Shown here in pieces: positions 13,253-24,400 of a stretch of DNA of 64,000 nucleotides; the first letter of the stretch is position 1; the number at the start of each line of letters is the position of its first letter. The notes under the pieces are model-generated. The model saw nothing but the letters and a program-made list of their open reading frames with translations. It searched no databases and was not told the origin of the DNA. Made by a program: the position numbers and the translations under genes. Origin of the DNA: Fimicolochytrium jonesii (lineage: Eukaryota); the NCBI RefSeq assembly GCF_025526975.1, contig NW_026515669.1, positions 930,001-994,000 of the forward strand, read 5' to 3'.

Positions 13253-14490
13253 CTAGATTGACGTACTCGAACATATCTCGAAAATGTCGCTGAGACGGAC
13301 TCTTTTTCTTGTATGTACAGGACGAGTGGTAAGAAGGAAATAATCGAGAAAATACGCCGGATTCTGAGAGAACATGGAGCCTATTTCGGCTTGCAAAATC
13401 TGCGAAAATGGCCCTTGTAATGGCCAACGTTCACGGTTCATGGCCAAGGGCCAACTGTGCAGGCCAATGATACATTTGAGTAACTGCCTATGTACCGTAT
13501 GAAGGCCGAACATCGAGACTCCCACTCTACCTTGTTTTTTGCCCAAAAATTTAATCCGGACGGTTCGCTCTCCTTGAACTTCCTCATCGATCCACCTCAC
13601 GCGTTTCGGGGAAGTTTCCGTTCGTTGCGGGGAGGTGGGTAGTTGTACGTGCTGTACACTGGAACAAGAGGGGCAAGAGGGGTTGGAAAGGGCTCGACGG
13701 GGTGTCGCACGGGTCAGTGAAGCTTGTGGTGATGTAGAATTCGCGATAGATGGCGGACGGTTATTGGGCGGATCCCCATTCGACGTGGAATCTGGACGTG
13801 ATGATCCATCATCGCCGATGCTTTCCAAAACCATCCACAAGTCAGTCGATGACCCCCTTCTCATCGCCACAGGAGGAGACGGCACAATAGCAGCTGCCTG
13901 TCTCGAGGACGGCACTTCGGGCACGCCCGCCCAAAAATTGTCGTCTTCGCTGCATGATTCATCACAGAATTGCGCCGGCTCTTTGTTGGTGAATGTCGGA
14001 GTGGCAGCATCTATTACGTGCGACTGAGGCGTCGGTGTGATGGCCGTTCTGTCGCTTTGCGGGTTGAGAGTGTCTGCGGTTGGATGCGTCGACCTTTTGG
14101 CGCGATCGCTAAATGCGGTCCAGATATGGGGACATCCAAACATTTTCGGAAAATACCGTCAGTTTCAATGCTTACAGTAGTATATGGACTCTTCAATAGC
14201 CTGGGGATATGTGCATTGGCCTGTCCGTGCAGAAGTGCAGGCCTTGATGAGCGTTTGAAGTTCTCTGCACTGAGAAGCCAAGATGACCTACGAAGCTCTC
14301 GACTGCTTGGAGGGAAAACGAAAGTGGTATTTCCAGGTGTCTCTTTCATTCTATGGGTGTTGTTTGTGAGCAGCGAGCGGTCAAGTGCTTGGACCCTTTC
14401 TTCCAAAGTGATCAAATGTGTGGTGAACTCCGAGTTTCCTGCCCTCCAATGGGCTCCATACTCGAAGGTCGGATGGGGCGATGTGTCATG
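13253..14490 (-). CDS. Hypothetical low-complexity protein; exon structure unresolved
   Basis: 296-codon S/P-rich ORF (13253-14143) plus an overlapping upstream ORF (14014-14415). I could not find a clean splice joining them. Confidence 0.3.
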
Positions 14491-15417
14491 CCTGTAAAAC
14501 TATTCAAACCTCCAGGGACCGATTGCGAACACAAATAGAACATGCTGTGCTACGACATGCGGATCCTCCGGTTAGGATCGGCGGTGTACAGAAGCACAGC
14601 CTGTGACTGCCAGCAATAAAACGGAAGTCGGTACCCGAAATGGGCAAATGTATAGACTATGTACAAAAGGTCGTGGCAGGCTGGCAGTATATCGAAAGAG
14701 TCCGAACTCAAAATGCACATATAAGGACGTACTCCTCCATCCTTCTAAAAATCCTGATCTTCCGCGGAGACGGGGATGGTTCGGGGTTTGATGTCCCCTC
14801 GACCTGGAGAAAGTGCAGGACGCCTTACAAAGTTAGCCAGCATCGGGACGCAGACTTCTCCACCTCCACTTTCCACTCCCATAACTGTGGTGTTGTAGCT
14901 CCGAACACGGTACCGAACTTCATGTGCAATCCCACTGGTGTGCAGCAACAGCCGTGAACAGTACGGCGTTCCTGCAGGCGCTGACCGTCTCATGGAAGCC
15001 ATGGACTTTGCGAGGCCTCGAATCACAGGCCGATATTCCCACGACCCCTATGCTGCCACCGGCCGGGAACCGCTGCTCCTCCCGAGTCCCCACCCAAATC
15101 ACCGCCTTCTCCTCAAGTTGCCAAAAGCCTTTCCGGACAGCGGTCAACCATCGATCCATGAGTCATGCCACTTCCAAAGCAACCTCGTCCCATGGTGTCA
15201 CCACCCCCCCAGCGTTCGTCACCACTAGACCGTCGGCGTTGTTCTCTAATTGCGCTTCGATCACGAGAATCCCCGCTTTTCCACCAATGTCCACCTCTCC
15301 ACCAGGGGCTGCACTGCGTCAATCGAGAACTCAAATGTATTAAGCTAGGGTCGTAAGGACATGCCCCTCGAAGTCATCATTCCATCCGGTGAGATATACG
15401 AAAGGAAGACGACTAGC

Positions 15418-16040
15418 TTAAAGGTTGAGCTTGGTGCGGCGCCAGTGACGACGCTTCGCGTTGTATCTGGAGCGGAAGGTAACGTTAGAAAATCTTCCAA
15501 GGCTTAACCAGCGGGTTTTCAGAATGGAGGGCATACCGGATTTTGTTATCCGTGCGCAAGCGAATCCAGTTAGGAATGGGGCGGTTTTGCTTCTGCTTCT
15601 TGCCCAGAATGCGCTTCACCTTGAAAGACTTGTTGGACGGCTAAGCGAGAGAGAGAGAGGAAGACATCGTGAGTCGCACGTTTTGGTTCCAGTTCCACAT
15701 CGAGTCCACGTTGGCAGCCGTTGCCCCGATTTGACATTCGACATTCGGTCGGGCAGCCATTCCCCAGTGCAATGTGCCCGTTTCCGTGTCGCTGCTCCCT
15801 CGCTGTCGATCTACCACTGGTCTCCCACGGGGGTTTCCAAGCTTTGTCGTTCGAATCTTGTCGGTCATAGGTCCGATTACCCACGTCGAAATGCCTCCCC
15901 ATCAGTGGGCAGTCCTCATCCATCCATCCATCCATTCTCAACCAAGCATCCATTCATCCATCGGTCCTTCCCTCCGAATGTTGCCAGCCCCACCACCATC
16001 GCCGGTCGTGGTTATCCGTCCGCGCTGTTGTGCTCACCAT
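15418..16040 (-). CDS. RPL39: 60S ribosomal protein L39 (eL39); exons 16038-16040 (ATG only), 15537-15640, 15418-15466
   Basis: Spliced translation [51 protein letters not shown]. The ATG-only exon is followed by GTGAGC; its position is inferred. Confidence 0.93.
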
Positions 16041-16773
16041 CTTGTCCTATATGTGGCTGACCAAGTATGAGTTGATATTCGCCCGAATGCGTCGCTGGCT
16101 TCGTCAATCGCCTACTGCCATTCAATCTTCACAGTTGAATTAAAGATATCTTTGGCCACGTGTCTTTAGTTAAAATCACACCGACGCGTTGAGGTAATCA
16201 TTAGTGACATCTTTCCGCTCCAGCCCCCTCCGTCAAATTCCGTTCCGCACTCATCGCCTGTTCATCTGCGGTACGAGATCCTCTTGGTGGAACTCCGTAA
16301 ATCGAATTTAAGCTCTGAGTTGACAAGGACGTGCATTGTTCCACTCTCCAAGAGACTGGATCTCGGTGGGGTTGTCGAGACTAACCAAGTGCTATATCGA
16401 TCGAGGCCGAATCGTCCGTCCCTTCGAAGGAATGTGAAGTTGTCCCCATCCCTGGGACCTCCAACCACATATACTTTCTTTCTGAGGGCTACACCGCGTA
16501 ATATCCCCCACTGCTGCATGTTGTAGAAAGTAACACACACGTACCGAGGCAGTCCCCTAGAACAACGTGGTGCATGCCGTATTCCGCTGCCAGACGAATG
16601 CGCTGCTAATTATCAAGGTCGAGTTTCTGACCTACAGTCACTTGTTCTCCTTGCTGCTGCAAACTACCTTTTTTCGCTGCATGCTGTGGGGTCGATGCTG
16701 ATGTGCCGTGAAGAAGTTTCCTGAAAAGTCCTCAATCGCAAAAGCCGGCAGCGCATTCTCTCCGCCGTTCCTC

Positions 16774-19700
16774 ATGACGCAGATCGAGCCTCTGGGGCTC
16801 GCGATTCCTTTTGCTGAACGTTCGACGCCCAATCAGTCTTCGGCGCTACATGATGTTTTGTGTCGTCATGAGTTGGACCGCAATATGCGCAGGACATCTT
16901 CTGCTGGCGATATTCCGAGAACTTGGAAGGGGAATCTTGGCGCTGCATCGCACGACATCCTCAACATGCGCCGGGGAAGCGCAGCGTCTACTGGAACTAC
17001 AGGCACTTCGAGAACGGGGACTAGTAGTCTATATAGCACGAAAGACAGCGACCCGACGGAAGTGGCATCGCATCTCGCGATGAAACATAGCGCTCTCATG
17101 AATGGCGTTTTTCCGTCTGCGACGATAAAACCTTCCTCGCCTGCCACAGCAGAATATGAGGAAACCTCGACACCATCTCCTTCAAATCGCAGCCCCGCGA
17201 CGAGTCCACCGACCCCCAAAGCGTCCTATACTCCAGGGAAGAAACCTTTACGTTCAGTTCTACGAAGGCCATCGTCACCAACTGCATACTCAAATCCCAT
17301 AAACTCGACATGTCCGCCAGATGGCGCATTCATTCCCGGCTTGCACACCTCCGTTATCGATCATAATTACTCCTTCCCCGCAGCGCCAAGAAGTGTGCCA
17401 AATCTTCGCAACACAGGCGGCACACCACCGGCGCCCGCAGAATCGAGCAGCTCCCGCGAAACAGCCATCGGATCCTCAAAGCAAAAGCTTCGCAAGGCTA
17501 GTGCCCCAGAGACGAGGGAACGGGATCTTGTTGCGGTGGATGACAGGATGAAGGGTCGTCCAAGGAGTGCAGGCGCTCGACGATCCATCGATGAGGAAAT
17601 CGACGTGGAACCAAGGGTTTCTTTCAGCGTAGAGGCGGGGCTTTCCACATCCAGCGGTGCTGATTCTAATGTTTCTGAAGGACATTTGAGAGCGTTCTCG
17701 GCATTTATGGGCCAAACACGAAAGCATAGTGGTGGAGATGCAGCACCTGAGCAGATGACAGCGGAGGAAGTACGGGGAATGCGTATTTTTCTGGAGCAGT
17801 GCCACAAACGGCGCGGATACAAGGGGGGAAACACCAACTCTATAGGATCCGACGACGACATCCAACACCGGCAATATAGCTCCCCGCCAACAAAGCCTAG
17901 TTCAAAAGAAAAGCCGAGAGAATCGGAAAGGACAGACCACGGGGAAGGTCCGTCTTTGCCCAAGCGCAAGAGAGCGAAATCGTCGAGCGCCACTTACACT
18001 ACCACCAAACAAACCCATATATCAAACATGAGCATCTTCAAGCCGCCCTCGGGTTCTGGCTCACCAAATGACGCATTTGCAGTGACTGTTGTTGCGGAGC
18101 ATCTGAACAGCAGCGCACGCAGCAACGCTGAAGACGGTGAAAGAAGTACCCGTGCGATATCGAATGCATCGCACGACTCTGAGGATATGGACGAACCGCA
18201 GATAATCACGCCTCCGCGAAAATCGAGCAGCTCGATCAAATACCGAAAGCTTTATTTGAATACAGCTATGTTAGATCCAGAGGTCGTTGATAGTGCTGCC
18301 ACTGTCGCCGAATTGCAATCAACATGGAGACCAGGTCGAGGTCGGTCTCCATCCAATTCGCATACCTCGAATGGGTCAAGCGGCAGTCGGCGGCCCTCCG
18401 ACGCTTCCGCAAAGAATGTTCGTTCACCTTGGCTGAAATCAGTGAGGCTGCCACCGCGGTGGCTGTCATTACGGAATGCTATGGCATTCACCAACGTACT
18501 CATTATTACGGTCGCAATCGTCATCATCTCCGCTGTCAGCTTCGTGCTGAGCAAGGATACTGCACAGAAAGCGCTCGACACTCTCGGGACCGTTACGCTG
18601 AAATCCATGGCTCTAGCGGTCGCTGGCGTTTTTGGGCGAGCCGAAGAGAAGAATGTGGACACGGCCACAGCGGTATCCTTGTGGGGGATGAGACCGGATT
18701 CGCTTGTGTGTACCGCGTTTTTCTGGGCATCAATACGCGGACAATCTCGGTGGAGCGGGGATCAGTTTTATCTGGTGGACACCAAAGGTGCATTCTGCGG
18801 GGTCCTCGTGTCATCCGTCGAAGATTTCGAAACCTTCACGATGATAGGATTGGATGACAACGCCCCAACTCCCTTCATACTCCGGCAGGCAAATGGGACA
18901 GCCCCTGCGCCTCGCTACTCGTATCAGATCGGAACAGATGCAAACAAGTACTGCCCGAATCTCGTAACCACGGCATGCGTAGAAAAAGCGCTAGACACCG
19001 TAAATCGCACCGCGGACTTGTATGACCCCACTCAGAGACCGTTTTACCGCATGGCGATGGAAAGCGATCAACCTAGTTGGACGGGAGTGTACAACCTGGG
19101 ATCTGGGGATGGATACGGAATCACGAATGTCCTCCCAGTCAGGCAGAGAAACGTGCCGTCGGGGGGAGGACAGCTACCAGCAGACCCAGACACTCTTTTG
19201 AACATCGTCGCTGTAGATATGCATCTGGAGTCGATATCAGCATACTTGAGTCAATGGCTTTCGGCATTGTTACGCAGTTTCGACCCACAGCATAGCGACC
19301 TCCTTTATGATGGTTCCGATTATACCCAACAAACCCTACAATATCTGATTGCCGAAATCAACACAGAATCAATTTTGGCGTCCTCGTGTCCCGGACTTAC
19401 TGGTACCACGCCAGACGATCCCCCGGCTCTGTTTTCATCACTCACAGGAAATCCGTGTCTCGGAAATGTCGCACATACCGTTGGACTACTGTCAGCTCTC
19501 CCCACGTCAAACGTTCTTGACGAGCAGGGCTTATCCATTCTATCGACCCCCATACGGTTGTGGTCCGAGTCGACGCTAACCATCGCTGCCCGATTCACGC
19601 CACGATCCGGTATTCAATGGGCCATTGTGATTGTAATACCGGGCGTCTATTTCAACATCAAACTCGGCCAAATGTACACACTTACGATACCGCTGACCGC

Positions 19701-21198
19701 CGCGCTAGTACTTGTTGCTGCCGCTTTGAGTAGCTTTCTGATAACACGTGCCATCGGTCTACCTCTGAAACGAGCGGCCGAGAAGATGATGAGAATAGCA
19801 GATCTCAATTTTGACGAAGACATGGTCGATCAGGAAAGCTCGAGCGACGATGACGAGCCCGAGGAGGTTCGCTCCGGCAGACGGTGGAGTTTCCCAAGTC
19901 TAGGTCGATTCTCGCGGTCACCGTCGAGCGTCGACAACGCCGCTGAAGAAGATCCCGACTCGACTACCGTTGCGCGAAGATCCTTCTTCCTGCCACCAAC
20001 AATGGGAGGTTCAAAAAACAAGCGTGGCAAGCGGCGCGGGTCCGTGGCTTCCAACAAAAGCCCAAACTCGCGGCAATTCATGCTGAAGGAGATCCAGCTA
20101 TTGAACACCGCCATGGACGCGATGACTTCGGGCCTCAAAAGTTTCAGCAAATACGTGCCACTCGACGTCGTTGCTCTCCTTGTAAAAATGAAGCGCGAAG
20201 CCGTTTTAGGAGTTGACGAAATGAGTCTGAGTATATTTTTCTCGGATATTGCAAACTTTACAACGATTGCGGAGAGTATGAGCCCCCAACAGCTTGTGCT
20301 TGTGATGAGGTGATTGTTCAGGTTCCGATGAGCCTTTCCCGGCCAACCACTGACTACATCTTTGGCTTCTAGTGAATACTTGAGTGAGATGTCCAGCATC
20401 ATTCTTGAGAGCCAAGGCATCGTGGACAAGTTTATTGGAGATGTGAGTCCAGCGTCTTATTTCCTTTTTAACTTTTTTGTCGTCTAATGTTGTGCATCAC
20501 TCATGACTCAGGCCGTGATGGCATTCTGGAATGCGCCATTATACCTGGAAGAGCATGCCATAGTAGCTTGCGATGCTGCACTGAAATCACAAGAGCGCTT
20601 AAGCGAAATGAGAGCAGGTAAACGGTCAGACTTCACCTGTAGCTTTTTCGCTGATGACTGAGCCAGGTCCTACTTGGCAGATTGGCTGGAGAAAGGATAT
20701 CCAGAGATACGCGCTCGAATCGGTTTAAACACCGGTCCTGCGCTGGTGGGAAATCTAGGCTCGCCGACTCGTCTCAACTACACATGCCTCGGCGATACCG
20801 TAAATCTCGCATCTCGACTGGAAGAACTCAACAAACGATATCATACGTCCATCATCGTCTCCGACGCGGTTCGTGATCAAGTACACGAATACTTCGTCCT
20901 ACGACCTTTGGATTACGTTGCCGTGAAGGGGAAGACGGTGGCAAAAAAGTGCTTCGAACTTGTTGATTCCATTGAGGGATGTGATCCGGCGGTCTCGCGG
21001 CGAATGGTACTGTACGAAAAGGCATTCGATTATTACTGCCAAGGGGAATTCGAACAAGCAAAACATCTCTTCGAGTCATATTTAGTCGACGTACCATGGG
21101 ATGTTCCAGCAACCATGCACCTAGAGCAGTGCATGCGGTTGGAAGAGGAAGGTGTGCCATCGAATTGGAGTCCGGTGGTGGTTTTGGATGAAAAATAA
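16774..21198 (+). CDS. Membrane class III adenylyl cyclase: TM1-dCache-TM2-HAMP-cyclase-TPR-like tail; introns 20310-20372, 20443-20511, 20618-20680
   Basis: IFFSDIANFT, VDKFIGD|AVMAFWNAP, RIGLNTG...VGNLGS...NYTCLGDTVNLASRLE; two hydrophobic segments flank YDPTQRPFY...WTGVY. Start codon uncertain (first ATG used). Confidence 0.9.
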
Positions 21199-21405
21199 CG
21201 TCGGACATATTTGCATTTGCAATTTTTTGGGACTTTGACTGGCTGTACATAACTCCACTGAATCATATTATCATATTACATCGCATATTTTCATATCCGA
21301 AAATGTCGCGAGAGCCTCCCCTATAGCGCTTATGTTCACATCGTGGTCCACGTTATTTACATGCTCATATACAAGCGGCGAAATGTTGCAATGGGGGAGT
21401 CAGAA

Positions 21406-24400
21406 TCAGTCTGTGTTCAGCAAGAGACACACCCCTTGCAGAACCCAATGACTGATATGATCGCTGGTGCTCAGATCTGCGTCGAAGACCCATCCAATAC
21501 CACTCGCATTTCGTCTCTGCTGCGTCGTGTACACTGGTGTTCGGAAGGTATTGACCAGTTTCAACCGATGAGTCTCTATCGGAATAATTCGCAGGATTGG
21601 AAGACTGGCTAGAAGTCGCCCGCCGGTTTCCAAACGGACAAGACAGTTCTTCTCCGTGTCCCAACCGGCACCCTCCAAATATAGACCTTGGATGTAGCAG
21701 CCTGATGGAGGTCGTTCCGGGATTTCTTTGGGATCCTTGTACTGCGTCACTTGTGTGTACAAGGTTGAGCGATCGAGAGACCATCCATTTTTACGGCAAG
21801 TTGTTTGCACCAAAGCTGTAATGTACGCTTCGGGCACGTGTAAACCAGAAAGCCACATCACCACTGGCTCTCCGTTTTTGATCCAATCGGAATATTGCTG
21901 GTGGCGTCTTTCGAAATGTCCCATCCACCCGCCTAACCCTTTCTCGGTCTGAGGCGCTAGTGATCGCCACATGCCGGGGAGCAATCCATTGAAAAGCGAG
22001 TTCGCAAGCTCGTCTAACTTTGCGCTCATCCCGATCTCTCCCTTCAAAGCTCGAGCAAGGTCTTTCAGTGAGGAAGTCATTCTCTCCACGAGAGTATTCC
22101 ATCTTTCCAGCTCTTGAAGGAGGACGACTTGCGTTGGAGATGGAACTCCAATGGCTTTAGCAATACGTGTTATATCGAAGGCCACTGGAAGTTTGGCTTG
22201 TATGTCCTTGGCAATATTCGCGATGAAGTCCTCTCGACTTATCCCTCCGGCACCTTCTGCCGTGCGAGGTTGCAATGAGATTAATTGCATCCACATGTCC
22301 TTTACGGCGGTGGTAAGGTATCCGATTTCGGCGTCCGGATGAAGGCCAAATACATCTGGCGCGTTGGTGAGGGGAAGGCCCTCAATGTAGGTCAGGTAAT
22401 CGTCACGCGTGCCATGTTTGGGCACCTTATATTGCACTTGCGAATTGGCGTAGAAGAAGAAAGGCTGGAAAGTATCGAAGAGGAAGTCCCCAAGATATTC
22501 GTCCAAGTACGTCATGAGGACCCGCCTATCGTAGTCGTCCGTCACGCGACCACCGTAAATCGTTTCTCCCACCAGGTACCGCAACGTTGTCCATGGGATC
22601 TTCCCGGCTTCCTTAGCTGTGGCCGTTTTGTTGAGATAGGTTTGTAAAATAGTCATGGATACGCGGAAGTCTGATTCGTTGAAATCATATCGAACATTCC
22701 ACCCTATTTTGCCATATTTCCCTCGCTCCTGAACGACAGCATGGAAGAATGCAAGGACGTAAACCAACGGCCTGAAAGTTTCGTGGAAGCAGTCTTGCAG
22801 AACGTCTTCCGTCAGCTTGTAATAACTGCTTCGAATGTTCAGTTTCAAGCCATTCGGCGGTTCGGTTACCACCTTGAGCGAGCGTTGCAGGATGCCGATT
22901 GGGAACTGAGGCGTCGGCTCCGTGGTTAACCATAGCCGGAAGTCTACATGCGGCTTTTCGATTTTCTCCAGCACCTTTTCCAACGTTCGCAGCCATGCTA
23001 CGAGTAGGTGACAGTTTTGCAGCATTAGCCATTGCCCGCGTGTTACCGCTGTTTCCAACAATTGCAGAGCAATTGGTGCTTGCCCTTGACCGAGCGACAA
23101 GAATTTGAGCTTGTTTCCTCCGAACCCCTTCGCCTCCGCCAATTTTTGTAAATCACTCTGAGGGTCGGCTCCAGGACTGAGGATGAAAACGACCGGGCTC
23201 GTCGGTGTCGATTGCTCGAAGATGTTTTGATAGTTGATCACCGGGGGCATCACATACTTCTCCCCCATATTCTCAATGACGAAGCTCGTAACGGCGTTGT
23301 ACACACGGTCGGTTCGGAAACATCTAAGAACGCAGAGTTTTTGAAATGCTGTGAGGCGGGACGAGTAGCGCATGGGGAATTCGGCGTTCTCAGGGGCATC
23401 TAGGCGAACCCAAGATCTCCAATCGAGTTCGTTACTTCGGACGTCATCAGGTAGAGAGGCGAAGTTGGAGTTGATTGAAGAGAGGCGTAATAGGTCCTTC
23501 CACCCCTGATCCGTCAGCCACGCAAACGGCTTTGCAATTGCTGGTTGCTCTAAAGAAATGTCTCCTTTCAAGAAGAAGTTGAGCTCTGCCGCATCCAGTA
23601 GTCCCTCGGCTTCCAGCAACTTCATGCTCATTTGATATGAGAACATGAGCTTGTGACGTTCGAACAGACCAGTGCATGCATAGTTGTATACAGCATACTT
23701 CAGCGTGTCCATGATTTTTGCTAGCCTTTTCGAAAGATTGGCGTCGGGCTTGCTACGATGTAAGGAGGCAGAGAACACCTCCAAGAAAGCGGCCAAGGAA
23801 TATTCGTACATCGGATTGATCGTTGACAGACCAGCCAAAACGAAGAAGAGCACCGCCCCGCATTTTGCAGCTGGCCTGTATGCATCTCGAGATACTTCGA
23901 CTTCGGCAGAGGTCTGTGTGGCCAACACAACCTTCTGTCCGATTTCAGTGGCTTTCGATTTGGTCTCCTCCAACGTGCGAATCAACTCGATGTTGTCGAG
24001 CATAAGACCAGTGGAAGAGGCCAGTTCGCGTAACAGAGTGTCTTCCAGTTCCTTCAGAAGTCCCTTGTTTTGACTCATCTCAGCTATGAGACGCTCTCTC
24101 TGTTCCTCAAGTTCCCTGCGCTCGTGGCCGACGACAACATTGAGCAGTTGATCGCTCAGACCTTTGAACGTAACGCTGTAATTGATTATGATCGCAGATC
24201 CGAACATTTTCGGAGTATACACCGGATTGGGCAAACGGGACGTCAAGTACAAACGGAAGTTTGGATCATAGTCAACCTCTTTGTCACCGAGGACAATGAA
24301 TCGCCGTGCTCCTTGAGCCTTGATGTTTTTCTCCAGGAGGTTGTCGATAACAGGGTCGATGTATTCATCGACGTCCTCGAATAAGAATGGAAACCCATAC

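Noticed and set aside
14920..15320. Minus-strand frame with an in-frame TGA at 15163-15165 (possible selenoprotein, since some early-diverging fungi use Sec)
   Set aside because: No upstream start codon, a second TGA upstream, no redox motif or selenoprotein resemblance, and no SECIS recognised.
15461..16060. 199-aa plus-strand ORF from the ORF track
   Set aside because: It is the antisense shadow of spliced RPL39.
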